DNA of 64,000 nucleotides, taken from positions 400,934 through 464,933 of the forward strand of contig VRVR01000004.1 in NCBI GenBank assembly GCA_009859145.1, in the 5' to 3' direction. Below the pieces are notes generated by a model. That model made no database searches. It was not told the DNA's origin and saw only the letters and a program-made list of their open reading frames with translations. Origin of the DNA: Andalucia godoyi And28 (lineage: Eukaryota > Protista > Jakobida). Positions 30,266 to 43,300 of this stretch are shown here, in pieces; the stretch's first letter is position 1, and each line of letters begins with the position of its first letter. The translations under genes and the position numbers were made by a program.

Positions 30266-30517
30266 TCAGCACACACATGAAAAAATAATACCTGTTTTCT
30301 TTCTTTTTTTCTTTTTCTCTTTTCTCTGTTATTTATTTATTTATTTATTTAGATTTTTCCCTCCTCCATGCAGACGTTACACAAGCATCTGCCTCTTCCT
30401 TCTCTCCTGTGCCGTCCTTGTCGTGTTTTATTTTTGTTTTGGAATGGTCGACACTTGTCGATCCCCGGAGAGATTGATGCTACTGACGCCTCAACCCCCC
30501 CACCACAGATGATGGAG

Positions 30518-30528
30518 TGGCGGGAAAA
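30518..30528 (+). promoter_or_regulatory. E2F-type motif TGGCGGGAAAA about 255 bp upstream of RNase H1
   Basis: Reads TTTTCCCGCCA on the gene's sense strand, the canonical E2F/DP consensus. Confidence 0.5.
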
Positions 30529-30953
30529 GCTGTGTTGTGGAACTTGAGGTTTGTTGTATGCGGATTCGAGTGCACTGCACCGTGGAGTATTGTGTTGCAA
30601 CACAACCCGGACGCTCGCTTCTCTGGAAAACGTTCTCCTCTTTTTTTGCCCTCCTCCGATCGCGAGGTGCAACAGCAGTTGAAATGCCCAAAAGTGTGCC
30701 AACAGGAAATCGATTGCACGGTTTAGTGATGATTCCATCGCGTGACTTTTCGGTTTCTCTCGCAAGTGTGGGTTCCAAGAATTGTGCACAACGAATGAGT
30801 GAGCTTATTGTTGGACAGACAGCATGGGCTTAGTCGTTTCTTCTTCTTCTTTCTCTTTGTTTCTGTCTCTCTTTTCTTTTCTTTTATTCTTCTGTTTTCA
30901 ACCAATACTGTCCTCTGTTTGTTTTCCCAAAAGCTCCAGCACCGAAGTAGGAA

Positions 30954-31969
<1,016 letters not shown>

Positions 31970-32282
31970 ACGAACCATGCTGGATCCGCGTCGCACAAAA
32001 AACTCCTCCTTCTCAAAGGAAAAACATAGATACCGGTACAATCCCGCACCTAACGTACCTGCTGTATAAAGTATATCGATTTCCTGCTGTACTTTTTTTC
32101 GTCGGATGATTTGGCAACACCTATTCTGTTTCCCTCCATTTCATAAATGTGCTTTTTGCCCCGAAAAAGATCGGCGAGAAAATGCTTCATGCACGGACGT
32201 CCTGGTTTCTTTTGCGACTTCGCGAATTGCAGCGCCTTGGTTAGAGAGCTGGCAGCAGAGGAATAGGGGTGTGTGTTACGCG

Positions 32283-34373
32283 ATGAGTTCGTACGAGCGG
32301 ATGAAACTGGGAAATCGGGAGCTTTTGGTGCATGTGCCTGTTCCGCCTTCGTTGAGCAAGCTGCGTTCCGAGGCGTCTCGACGAGTGATGCCGGAAATTC
32401 TAATGGTTGTTGAAGATGAAACGGTCGATCGCAGCGATTGGACCGCACGTTATTTTGCTGAACATCCGGAAAACCATTCTTTGGCTCTCGCTGCCTATGC
32501 CATACAGCAAAACCACCAGAAATCCACTGCTTCACTCAGAAGTAACGACGTTCAACAACCTGATAAGGATGTTGATGATGTCGACGATGAGCGTATGGAC
32601 GCTCGCAATCGCAATGGTCTTCATTTGAACGGCCATGTTCCAAATGATGATTTCTCTGCTGCTGTTTTGGATCGACAGAGTCCGCGGTCCGAACTGGAGT
32701 CCATGGCTCCACCTGGAATGGTCGCACAGGATCCTACAACGTTTAACTTTGACCTTGACGCATTGCTTCATTCGGTCCCTCCGCTTCTTCCGCCAATCTC
32801 GGAAGTTCATTTTGCAATTCAGTGTTGGATGCGGAAGCGCGGGTTTCATGCGGCACTGGTTACCCTGACCGAAGAACTCACGGGAAAGCCGCCCACCGAG
32901 GAGGACTATGCAAGGTTTGACGCGGAAAACCGGGAAATAATGAGCGCCCCTACATGGCTTTGGACAATGGTGCACCGTGGTTGTCCAGATCCCGATCGAC
33001 GGTTGTGCACTCCTTTGCGCTCCGATCCTTACTCCAGGAATCTGTACAGTCCAAATCTCAGAAGATTTGACGTTTCCTCGACATCGTTTGGCCAAAATCA
33101 CGATAATAATGCTGATGATAATGATGCATACGAAGACGCAGTGTTTGACGAAAGGTCGCCAGACACTGCCGCGTTTCTCGGATCAATACCCCCTCGGTCC
33201 GCTACCGTTTCACAGCTGGTATTTCGTGCGACCAGCATGTCTGATCCGCAGTTTCTTCGAGCGTTCATTCTTACATACAAGTCATTCACAACATCATTTG
33301 CCCTGCTTCGCAGACTCAGTACTCGGTTTTCACAGTCGTCGGACAAGCAAGTGCGATTGCGAGTATGCAATATTCTGAAACAGTGGATGGAGCGGTGTCC
33401 ATTCGATTTCGTCTCAACGTTGGAAAAACAGCTCACGGATTTCATCACAGCCATCGTATCGATCGCGGAACCCAGCGCGGGCGCATCGTTGTCCAAGGCT
33501 TTGGACGCCGTTGTGCACGGAAAAGAGAAAGGTGTGTTGGATGCAAGCCAGCTTTATGCTCAGGGGGCTCCAGAACCCTTGTTTCCGCGCCCTGGCAGCA
33601 CGGTCTCCGGAGACTCCGTTTTGGTGGTCGAAGATGTGGATCCGGTGGAAATTGCACGTCAAATGAGCTTGCTAGAACAGGAAGCGTACCGCAGAATCCG
33701 ACCAGAAGAGCTGTTGAATACTGCGTGGTCGAAGCCGAAACTTCGACATCGCGCACCCACTGTTTCAAAGATGATTTCTCGCTTCAACAAGATCTCCTTG
33801 TTCGTCGCTCGACACATTGTTTCTGCCGAACATCTGCGGTTGCGCGCGAAGAGAATGGCGTTCTGGATCCGTGTTGCGGACTGCCTTCGCACGATGTCCA
33901 ACTTTAATTCCGTGCTTGCTGTCATGTCCGGGCTGCAGCTTTCTGCTGTCCATCGTCTGAAGTTCACAAAGGAAGAAGTCCCCAAAAAGCTTCTGGATGT
34001 TCTTAATTCGCTGAATGCGCTCATGGAATCGAACAGCTCGTTCAAAAATTACCGATCTGCGCTTCACCAGTGCTCACCGCCCTGTGTTCCTTATCTTGGA
34101 GTGTACCTGACGGATCTGACATTTATCGAAGACGGCAATCAAGATTTTCTTGATGCAGACCAAAAGATCGTTAATTGGTCGAAGCGGATGCTCGTCAGCT
34201 CCATCATCTCAGAGGTCCAACAATACCAGCACACACCCTACGTTTTTCATCCGGTCTATGCACTCCAAAAACTCCTGGAAACCGAATGGGAAGTCGTCAC
34301 TAGTGAAGATGTCTTGTACGATGAGTCCATCCTCCGCGAACCTAGAAACTGCAAGAAGGATCTCCTTGCCTGA
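32283..34373 (+). CDS. Ras guanine-nucleotide exchange factor (LisH-like, REM, Cdc25 domains)
   Basis: REM: FLRAFILTYKSFTTS..LLRRL, VRLRVCNILKQW. Cdc25: DPVEIARQMSLLE, NFNSVLAVMSGL, PCVPYLGVYLTDLTFIEDGN, VNWSKR. LisH-like FAIQCWMRKRGFHAALVTLTEE. Confidence 0.93.
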   Translation: MSSYERMKLGNRELLVHVPVPPSLSKLRSEASRRVMPEILMVVEDETVDRSDWTARYFAEHPENHSLALAAYAIQQNHQKSTASLRSNDVQQPDKDVDDVDDERMDARNRNGLHLNGHVPNDDFSAAVLDRQSPRSELESMAPPGMVAQDPTTFNFDLDALLHSVPPLLPPISEVHFAIQCWMRKRGFHAALVTLTEELTGKPPTEEDYARFDAENREIMSAPTWLWTMVHRGCPDPDRRLCTPLRSDPYSRNLYSPNLRRFDVSSTSFGQNHDNNADDNDAYEDAVFDERSPDTAAFLGSIPPRSATVSQLVFRATSMSDPQFLRAFILTYKSFTTSFALLRRLSTRFSQSSDKQVRLRVCNILKQWMERCPFDFVSTLEKQLTDFITAIVSIAEPSAGASLSKALDAVVHGKEKGVLDASQLYAQGAPEPLFPRPGSTVSGDSVLVVEDVDPVEIARQMSLLEQEAYRRIRPEELLNTAWSKPKLRHRAPTVSKMISRFNKISLFVARHIVSAEHLRLRAKRMAFWIRVADCLRTMSNFNSVLAVMSGLQLSAVHRLKFTKEEVPKKLLDVLNSLNALMESNSSFKNYRSALHQCSPPCVPYLGVYLTDLTFIEDGNQDFLDADQKIVNWSKRMLVSSIISEVQQYQHTPYVFHPVYALQKLLETEWEVVTSEDVLYDESILREPRNCKKDLLA

Positions 34374-34559
34374 AGTGTCTCTGGCTCATTTCTACGCATC
34401 TCTCCGTGACTCCAACAATATTGTGCATTCTCGAGCAACCGTCGTTCGATGACGTTCCGATTGCTGTAATAATCAATAATTTTAAATTAAAAAATTTTAA
34501 AATTTGCCAATACCTGCGCATTACGCTTTTCCTCGTCGTTCATCGGCTGTAAAAATCCA

Positions 34560-34569
34560 TCCCGCCAAA
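34560..34569 (-). promoter_or_regulatory. E2F-type motif about 215 bp upstream of the coiled-coil gene
   Basis: TCCCGCCAAA on the gene's sense strand. Confidence 0.5.
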
Positions 34570-34785
34570 GCTTCGTTCCCGCAATCGGGGGGAAACCCCT
34601 CTTTTCATTTTCCGCAATTCGCTATCGTCGCTGTTACGATCATTTTGTGGTTTTTTTTGTTGTTTTGTTTCGTTTTATTTTTCAGCTTCTGCAGAGATTG
34701 TCTGCGATTAGTGCGACTGCAGAGTATTGCGAGTGTTGTGTACAGATAGATAGAGAGAGGACTGGGGGATAGTTGTGTAGAGAAA

Positions 34786-36669
34786 ATGAGCGAAAATCGG
34801 CTTCTTGAAGAAGCTCGAGCTGCATCGTTGCGGAAACTTCAAGATGTTTTCAATTCACTGACAATGGAGAATGATGTAGACGAAGCCACAGAGGACTTTT
34901 GTAACGAGTATTCCACGTCTAGAAAACCCCAATCGAGTGTTGCTGACAATGCATGGGAAGGTTCGCTTGCGGAGGAGCACGCTGCGCTGCATGCAGGTCC
35001 TTCGAGCTCAGTGGATGTCTTGCGATCCAATCGATCGTCTGTGGATCATGCGCTGCTTTCTTCCAATGGACATGCTCTGTCTTCTTCCACTTCGCAATTT
35101 CACTTTATTCCATCTGCGACGCATGAAAAATCACGATTACAGTCTGCACCTTCCACTGCAACGGCGCAGCCTGATTCTGCGGTAATTAGCTATGAAATGA
35201 TGCTGAAGGATAGGAGAATACAGGAGTTGGAGACTGAGGTGTCGCATCTGCGGGACAGCTATGACGGACTGTTTGCAGAATATCGAGCAGCAACGGAATG
35301 GATATCTGGAAAAGAAAACTATGAAGATTTGTTTCAGTCCAACCAGGAGCTGTTCCACATCCAACGACAAAAGGACGAAGTCATCAGCTCTTTGCAAATA
35401 TCAATCGCCCACCTCACCGCAAGGCTTTCTGAGCTCCAAAAGCAGGATACGGAATCCCTCGCGCAGCGCTATGAATCTGAGCTGAAGAGCATGGAAGCAC
35501 GGCATGAAGAAGAGGTTGGGACTCTTCGATCGCAAATTGCTTCTCTCAAAGTGAATCGCGAAGTGTTGTCTCGCGAGTATGCCGTGCAGACTGATTTTCC
35601 ATTTCGAGGGACGTTGCAGAGCGCGAACGCGGAGATAATTCGATTGTCACAGCAGAACGAGTCGCTGCAGAAGAAATCCAGCCAACTCACCATGCTCAAG
35701 GAGCAGATTTCAGCTGCCTATGAAGAAGAGTGCAAGAGAAGAAAGGACATTGAGCTTGACCATCTGCAGCTGCTGGAAGAGCGAGAGAATGCTCGGTCGC
35801 ATTTCGCATTGGTAACACACGAGCTCAGCAGTCAAATCCAATTGCGAGAATCGGACTTGCGTGCGATGCGGTCGGAAGTGGATCAGCTGAAAGCCAAGTT
35901 CATGGCTGCGGATCGCCGTATTCGGGAAAAGGACGAGGATCTTGAAGCTCAGCTCGGAGAGATTGATGCGTGGAAGAAAGCGTACACTAAAGTGTTCTTG
36001 TCGTCCGAGGCTGCAAAAGCCAGGATCGTCAAGGATCTGTTGAGTGACAAGAATCAGCAGATTCATCGTCTTCACGAGGATCACCAGCTAGCCCTGCAGT
36101 CTGCTGTCAAGCAGGAAAAACTATACTACCAACGAAAGATCGCAAAGTACCGGGAGGATCGAGAGAAGCTCAAACAGAAGATCGCGACTTACAAGAACAA
36201 AGTAGGGGACCTTGAAGCGGAGGTGGCAGTTTACGCTAAGCGGGCTGGTCATCCGCCCGCCACGCAGTCCACAACACAAAACATTATTCGTTCGTCCATA
36301 TCGCCTATTTCCCCTGCGCATTCGCAAAACCAATCGAAGATGCTGTCGCAAAACGCAGGCCACTTCGACGATATCATTGTGGAGTCGTTTCTGAAATCCA
36401 TCGGGGGAGGGGGAGGGGATGCCGAGGACGGCCATGCCTCAGACCCGGACCAAGACTTGGAGAACTTGAGCGATCCGGAGACAATTGCATCCCTGTTATC
36501 CTATGACAGCGAGCGGGAGGATTTCGCCCAACGGGACAACAACCGACGTGTCCCGTCCAAGAAACATGAGGGCGCACCATCCGCATCGTCGTTCGCTGCT
36601 TCCAGCAATATTCCAAGACGAAGAGCTTCGAAAAAAAACACCCTTCTAAGCTCCCCTGTTTATTCCTGA
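34786..36669 (+). CDS. Hypothetical long coiled-coil protein (possibly centrosomal/cytoskeletal)
   Basis: 627 aa ORF with ~350 aa of heptad-rich E/Q/K/L sequence flanked by disordered ends. Confidence 0.72.
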   Translation: MSENRLLEEARAASLRKLQDVFNSLTMENDVDEATEDFCNEYSTSRKPQSSVADNAWEGSLAEEHAALHAGPSSSVDVLRSNRSSVDHALLSSNGHALSSSTSQFHFIPSATHEKSRLQSAPSTATAQPDSAVISYEMMLKDRRIQELETEVSHLRDSYDGLFAEYRAATEWISGKENYEDLFQSNQELFHIQRQKDEVISSLQISIAHLTARLSELQKQDTESLAQRYESELKSMEARHEEEVGTLRSQIASLKVNREVLSREYAVQTDFPFRGTLQSANAEIIRLSQQNESLQKKSSQLTMLKEQISAAYEEECKRRKDIELDHLQLLEERENARSHFALVTHELSSQIQLRESDLRAMRSEVDQLKAKFMAADRRIREKDEDLEAQLGEIDAWKKAYTKVFLSSEAAKARIVKDLLSDKNQQIHRLHEDHQLALQSAVKQEKLYYQRKIAKYREDREKLKQKIATYKNKVGDLEAEVAVYAKRAGHPPATQSTTQNIIRSSISPISPAHSQNQSKMLSQNAGHFDDIIVESFLKSIGGGGGDAEDGHASDPDQDLENLSDPETIASLLSYDSEREDFAQRDNNRRVPSKKHEGAPSASSFAASSNIPRRRASKKNTLLSSPVYS

Positions 36670-38087
36670 AGGAGAACGACGCGAATAGGATCTTCTGTAC
36701 TGAAATCCTCTTCATGTTCCTTTTGCCTGAACTTGCGCTTTGAAATAAAGAATCCTGCAGCGCTTCCGCAAGCCAGACACCCAGCAATGACGAAGACCAA
36801 TGCCCACGTCGGCATCGTAACTGTACTGCTCGAGGATCGATTGTTTTCTGAATCAGAGCCACCCAAATGCGAGCACCCATGGAGATAGGAACGGGTCCCA
36901 ACAGGAACACTCCAGATTCTGAAATTGGTGTGCGAGAAATCCAATGTGCCTTCGACAAAGTTCTGCAGCTGGTTAGACACAAACCACAGATTTCCGTCTC
37001 CATCAAAGCCCATAGTATCTGGCCATTGCATACCGTGTTCTTGCGCAACGACCACATCGAACATTGCCTGTTTGACCTCGTACGGCATTTTGGACCTCAT
37101 AATACCGCTTCCATCGAGATTGGTGAGGTACAGGTGGCCGTCGGACCCGAACCCCAACCCATCCGACGCAGCGAGCTTATACCCGATCTTTTTCACGTGG
37201 AACTCCAGTCGTTCATGCGTTAATTTTGGATCGCGCAACACGTCCGTTGGAATGGAGTACAGTGTCTGAGACGTCAGCGGTGTATAGAACAAGGTGCGAG
37301 TGTCGCAGCTCAGCGCGATTCCATCTGCACCAGTGGCCATCGGGCTGTTCTCGTAGACTCTCTTTCCGTTGATGACCAGCCAAAATGACAGATCATTCTG
37401 CACTGAGACATGTCGATTAAGCACTCTTCGCACGGTACCCTCTTTGAGATCCACCACGAGCAGACCGCCCTCCACGGGCAGAGATGAGTTGATCGGCACT
37501 CCTGAGTCCGTAATATACAGATGATTCGCCATCCGGTCGAACACCAAATCGTTCAAAAACGAATTCTCCAACGAAGCAACCTCTTCGGAAAAGATAATTG
37601 GAGGCGCCTTTTGGAGACCAGTCAGCGCATCGACAATGAGCACTTTGATGGATCCGGGAAGTGCGGCCTGTCCATTCACCTTTCCCTGGTCCAAAATGTA
37701 CATTGTATCATGCTCGTCAATCTCGAACCCAAGGACAGACTGAAGCGCTGCTGGATTTCCCACTGCGTTCATATCCCACGAAGGAAAAGGCTCGAGCAAA
37801 CCATCCGGACGAAGCTTGTTCAACGTCGCTGGAACTCCCATTTTCCACCGAGGAACACTTACAAACACATCTCCCTTTGAACTAATCTTGATCCCAGCAG
37901 GCATACAATTTTCATAATATCGATTTGAAAGATACGAATTGAGCTGTGCAGCACTTTGAAACGTGAAATTCAGCTGCGAAAAGGAATACCGCAGTTCTGC
38001 ATCGAACCGCGCGTTGGCAAGCCCAGCGAAAACACAGGAAAACACAAGGAGTTTCCAAGAAAGAATGCTGATATCTAGACGCCTCAT
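36660..38087 (-). CDS. Yellow / major royal jelly protein family beta-propeller with signal peptide and C-terminal TM
   Basis: ATG at 38087 gives a signal peptide; GDVFVSVPRW, LLEPFPSW, MYILDQG, SFLNDLVFD, LYITDSG, ADGIALS, LFYTPLTS, MQWPDT match the MRJP/yellow pattern; TM WALVFVIAGCLACGSAAGFFI. Confidence 0.88.
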   Translation of the reverse strand: MRRLDISILSWKLLVFSCVFAGLANARFDAELRYSFSQLNFTFQSAAQLNSYLSNRYYENCMPAGIKISSKGDVFVSVPRWKMGVPATLNKLRPDGLLEPFPSWDMNAVGNPAALQSVLGFEIDEHDTMYILDQGKVNGQAALPGSIKVLIVDALTGLQKAPPIIFSEEVASLENSFLNDLVFDRMANHLYITDSGVPINSSLPVEGGLLVVDLKEGTVRRVLNRHVSVQNDLSFWLVINGKRVYENSPMATGADGIALSCDTRTLFYTPLTSQTLYSIPTDVLRDPKLTHERLEFHVKKIGYKLAASDGLGFGSDGHLYLTNLDGSGIMRSKMPYEVKQAMFDVVVAQEHGMQWPDTMGFDGDGNLWFVSNQLQNFVEGTLDFSHTNFRIWSVPVGTRSYLHGCSHLGGSDSENNRSSSSTVTMPTWALVFVIAGCLACGSAAGFFISKRKFRQKEHEEDFSTEDPIRVVLLQE

Positions 38088-38797
38088 CAGCAATGTCGTT
38101 TGCTCGTGCGCGCTATGAAAAACTGAGAGGAGGGGAGGGGGATGAGGGGGGAGTGGAACGGAATAAGCAACAAGAATGATAGCGTCTCCGTCAGAAGAAA
38201 ACGTATCGCAAGAACACCCAGCAAACAGAGCTTCCGCGTGACAAACACACGCGCACACACACATGTCGGGAATTTCAGAGGAGCGCGCAGAGCGTGACAT
38301 ACGGCGGTTGTTTTTTGGTCTTCCCGATTTCCCGATTTGCTGGTCTCCGACTCTCTTAATTTGGGAGCTGTTTGGTGGTTCCTACTAAACCCAGCCTTTC
38401 ATTGGACAACTTAGCATCAAAGTTCAAAACCCCAATTGGTTTCTACATAATGCACAATACGAACGTACTATTCTTCTGATGGTTATTCGTCAGTTATTAT
38501 AGTTTTTCCCCTCCTTTTCTTTCTTTCTTTTCTGCTTCTCTAATTCATTTTGATCGGTTTTGTCCGTGCCTTGGTACCGTTTCCCATTCATCTGCATCAG
38601 TCCTTGTATCCTTCGGTGGACTCCCACAACAAAACCGGCCACGCATAGCAGAGTACATTTGTCTCTTCTGATTTTAGCTCGAACACGTTTTCCTTGTTGC
38701 GGTTCCGTCATTCCATCCAAACAAATCAAAAAAAGAGGGTGGGAACTAAACTACTCGGAATTACGATCACAATAACAAAGTAGCTCCCCCTGCGTTG

Positions 38798-40156
38798 ATG
38801 ACAGAACCTGCTATGCCTCCATCTGCGGCGGCGGCGGCAGCAGCAGCAGCAGCAGCAGCAACAGCGTATGGATCCTCGATGAACGAGGAGGATTTTTCGT
38901 GTCCGATTTGCTTGAATTTGTTTTGCGAACCTGTTGCATTACCGTGCAAGCACCTGTTTTGCAAAGAGTGCGTTTTGGGAGTTGTGAGAGCGACACCTGA
39001 GTCTGTGCCTTGCTGTCCGATATGCAGAGCAGTGTACGATAATTTAGAGGAAGTGCTCGAGATACAGTGCGGGCTTGTTCGGCTGTTGCAGAAGCGATTT
39101 GGGGAGCGGTACGCAGAACGAGAAGTGGAGGTTTCCGAGTACAGGAAGCAGCGGTTGGACCCAAAAGTCTGTCATGCACAGCTGTGGATGATCAAGAAGA
39201 AGCTTGAAGAACTCGATTTGCAGGCACACTACGAAAACGAAAACAAGGCGAGGATTGAGCAGACTATCAACGAGGTCGATTCAAGACGAGCTTCTTTCCG
39301 AAATGAGGTGGAGGTGTTGAAAAACTCAGTCAAGAGTTATCAGAACGTCAAGGAAGACAGAGAAGTCAGAAGGACGATGAGAATCCTTGCACAGCAGACC
39401 AAAGAAATCGAAAAGAAGAAGAAGGCGCAGTTGCTGGCTCAGCTGGAGAAGGAAATGCAGACGCGGGAACAGGAGATTCGGGCTCGAGTACTCGCCGTCG
39501 TTCCGATTAACGCCTCGAATCCATGGAGCAGCGACATCCCGTCGTTTCGGCAACGCAGCCTCGCTCTCGATCTTACTCGCTTCGACGGAAGAGACGGTAG
39601 GTCGTCGTCCGCAGTTTCTGAAGATGAAACTGAACTGTTGAATGAGAACCGCAGAACCTCAGAAGCAGCATTGCGGAGCAGTTTGGCCCAGCGTCCGTTG
39701 ACACGGCCTGTGCATCTTGCCGAGCAGCATGCGCAGGAACGCGGTGCATCCAACCCGTGGATCAAAAAGGATTCTGCCCATGTTCAGCAGCTGGACAGCG
39801 AAATTGAGAAGTTCAAGCAAGTACAGGAACAGTTTTACCAGTCATTGCAAGACAAAAATGCCGTCCGCCTTCCGCAGATTGCGCGGAACAAGACCCCAGA
39901 GGTCCGCAACTCAGCTCTTTCGTCGCTCACGTCGCTAAACGATGGCGTACCCATCACAACTACATCGATGGGAGTTTCCGGCTCGCTCACCAAAGTTCCG
40001 CAACAGCGTTCCCGAACGTTGTCGATTCCACAACGAAAGCAGCAACAGTATGGACAGAACTTGCTAGATCTTCAGAAGCGAGTGGAGGAAAGCACCAGGT
40101 GGTTTGACAAAGCGACAGGCCCGTCGCCATTCTCCCAGCTGGGTCCCAAAGTTTGA
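38798..40156 (+). CDS. C3HC4 RING finger protein with coiled coil
   Basis: CPICLNLFCEPVALPCKHLFCKECV...CCPICR followed by a charged coiled coil. Confidence 0.85.
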   Translation: MTEPAMPPSAAAAAAAAAAAATAYGSSMNEEDFSCPICLNLFCEPVALPCKHLFCKECVLGVVRATPESVPCCPICRAVYDNLEEVLEIQCGLVRLLQKRFGERYAEREVEVSEYRKQRLDPKVCHAQLWMIKKKLEELDLQAHYENENKARIEQTINEVDSRRASFRNEVEVLKNSVKSYQNVKEDREVRRTMRILAQQTKEIEKKKKAQLLAQLEKEMQTREQEIRARVLAVVPINASNPWSSDIPSFRQRSLALDLTRFDGRDGRSSSAVSEDETELLNENRRTSEAALRSSLAQRPLTRPVHLAEQHAQERGASNPWIKKDSAHVQQLDSEIEKFKQVQEQFYQSLQDKNAVRLPQIARNKTPEVRNSALSSLTSLNDGVPITTTSMGVSGSLTKVPQQRSRTLSIPQRKQQQYGQNLLDLQKRVEESTRWFDKATGPSPFSQLGPKV

Positions 40157-40347
40157 GGAGCCTGTGCAACATGTTTTTGCACGAGGTGGGAGGCGCGGGT
40201 GCTTGTCCGATCGCCTACAGAATTGGAAACGCTTTCACTCTCCTCGCCCAACAAACGAAGGACAGGGGAATATAGTATAATTAATCGCAGTTTAATGTTT
40301 TAAAAAAACATACAAACAAAAACAGTTTCATTCATTTTTTCTTCTCC

Positions 40348-43300
40348 TTATGTTCGTGGTTCGCACACAAAAGACAAGGCAAAGACGGAGTCGCTTTCGT
40401 AGTACACCGAAACCTTGCCAGCCTTCGCGGTGAACATTTGCTTTTGAGTGTCGAAAAGGGACAGAGATTCTCGAAGGATGTAGGAACACACGCCTGTTAG
40501 CCGACGGTTCTCTGCATCCATGCAATTCAGAATCGACCGCAAGGACGACAGCGCAGGATCGGACTGTGCGGGGAACAAAATGGTGCATCTGGTACTCAGC
40601 CTCGATCGCACACACGATGTGCACCAATACATGATTGGTACCAAATCCAGAGCATCTCCATTGCAAAAGATGTAAATATCACTCTGGAATTTGTTATTGG
40701 GCGGAACCTCTGGATACTGTTCGGAGACATACCCAAAAGCCGCACCAAGACCAACAGACCGCTGACGACTGCACGACAGCGGTTCAAAAGCGTTGAGATC
40801 AACATCCGAATGCTGGAAAATGGGCCTGGATGGTGTGTACACGCGAGAGACTGGGATGAGTTGATGTTTCCCAGAACGCATCAGATTGACAGCGAGCTGA
40901 GTCTGACGGATATCAAAGTACGCAGAGGGGTCAGAGCTGTCATCGACCTGCGCCAAAAGAGAAAAGGACGCCGGCATAACCAACCGCTGGAGAGCATCCA
41001 ATGGCGTGAACGGCACTCTTGTCTTTGCTGGCGCATGGAAAAAGTGCACTTGCTGGCACATTCCGACGTGCTGGGCCATTTTCATGCGTATGCGAACGTC
41101 TGACTCGACGAATTCTGCGGCTGCTCTCCACGCTTGCAGAGACTGCTGAGACAGAGAGCTTCCCGACGAGATCCGATCCGGCAGGGAATGCACGGGAACC
41201 TGCGTAGAACCAGAGAACTCCGATGAACAACGCGAAAACAGATCGACACTCATAAACACGAACATATCCAAAGTGGAACGATCGGGGATCGTGACCAGGA
41301 TTACAATGATGTCCCACTGCCATGATACAGCCAGGGACTTCACATCCAATGACTTCATTTCCTCTTCGGTAAACCGCAGAATCGTTACTTTTCGGAGCAC
41401 GGACTCAGACTTCAGACCCGTAACCTTCGACGTTACGAGATCGCTAAACGACTCGCCAGCCAGAGATGATTGATTGGCAAGCAGGGATATCTGAGAGGAC
41501 TGTACATCCTTTAACGAGGCTGCCTCCACCAGGGAATCCGTGCTCTTCGAACTGAGGTCTCGTAGTATCAACGATAGCCCCGCGCAGTAGTTCAAAGGTG
41601 TCAGCGTCACCGAGAGCATCCGCAAACCGGGAAATATCGAGACAGACGGAATTACGGAACACAAGGATGTCATTTTCGAGAATGCTGACAGATCGTCCAA
41701 TCCATAGTACAGACCAATTCGCTGGAACGACGAAGACGTCGGATACCATAAAGGGAAGAGAGAGAACGCATGTGGATGTATGACTTCGCTGGAATACGTC
41801 AGAGAAATGCGGGGATCCACGTGGGGAGAAAAGCAGAATCGACCCAATCCAGTATTCTCCGCTGCCTCCGTTCCGGCAATTAGCAATGAATTGGCGAGCA
41901 TGCAGGTCCGAATGCCAGCGAGCTCTGGACCGAGTCTGCGCACCAGCGTCTCCTCATCCAGTTCTGTTTCTTCGGAATCGTCGATCATGGATACACCGCC
42001 TGAAAGAGTCGTCATAACGTCCGCTCCTGCAGGAACCGGCACTGCTAGCTCATTCGCACAGCGCAGCAAGACCGAATTCACAGTTGCCCTTGAATACGTC
42101 ACATCGTACTTGGGAATAGGCTGAATCAGATAGTCTGACTTGTTGAGGACGAAAGCGCAATCTGTCTCGGAGATCACATCCTTCATTCGCGCCTCTGGAT
42201 CCACCCAAACGTTCTGCACTCCCGAGTGCACAATCGAAAGTCCAACAACGGCGTCCACACGTATCTTCTCCTCCGCGAAATAATCTTGCAAGTGGTTGCA
42301 CATTTCATGCACTGGCATAGAAGAGTCCACGTCGAGCTTGTGCATTCGAACCACTCCAGAGTCGAGATCTCGGAACCGCGCCGAAAATGTCGACCCTGCT
42401 TCCGACTCCCGAATTTTGAATCTTTTTCGCCTTCGGTCTCGAATTTCCGGAATCTGTTCCATTCTTCGCTTCCTCTGTCGTGCAGCTTCCTGAACCGCAA
42501 ACTCGTGATCCGCTACTCTCGACTCGGATAGCTTGACTTCTAAAACTGCCGAAGATCCAATTGCAGCAGCAGCAGCAGGACGGAAAGCCTGCAAGAACGA
42601 AAACCGAGGATCCGAAAGCATCGTTGAAGACCCAGCACTGTTTGAACTGACTGTTTGAAGAGTCGATGACGAAGTAGACGAAGAGGCAGAGGCAGAAGCC
42701 GTCGGAGTCGCAGCTGGTGGAACACTGGTTGGGCCAGATGCAGTAGGGATACCAGACTGACTCGTTCCAATACTGTTCATCGCGGTACCCGACGCAGCTG
42801 CGGAGTCACCAGCATTCTGTGTCTGTGGTGATAGTTGCTGTTCCTGCGATAGCGAGTTGGGAGCTTGCACAGAGATACCGCCAGCCGAATCACTCGCAGT
42901 GGAATCCGACAAGGACACAAACGCTGCATTTGGAGCCACAAACAACGGTCCAACCATGCTCGCGATTGATGAGCTGGAAGCCGATGCACTTATCCCAGAC
43001 ACTCGCTTCTTCTTTGTGGCCGCTGTGCTCACATTCGCTGGAGCAGTCCGTTCGCCATTTGCAGATTCCAGCTGCTGCATTCCATTCTTGGGCGAAACCA
43101 AGTCGGACTTGACGGACGAAGGCGGCTTTCCGTCGTCAGCTCCGTCATTTCCAGAATTCAGCGAGTCTGCACCACCGCCGCCTGTTTGCATCCTAAGGAG
43201 ATTCTCCACCTGGTCTCGCTTCCATTCCTTGTACTTGTTCGACAATGACATTCGGAGATAATCATCATCCAAATTGGGATATTCTGATATTTTCGTTGCA

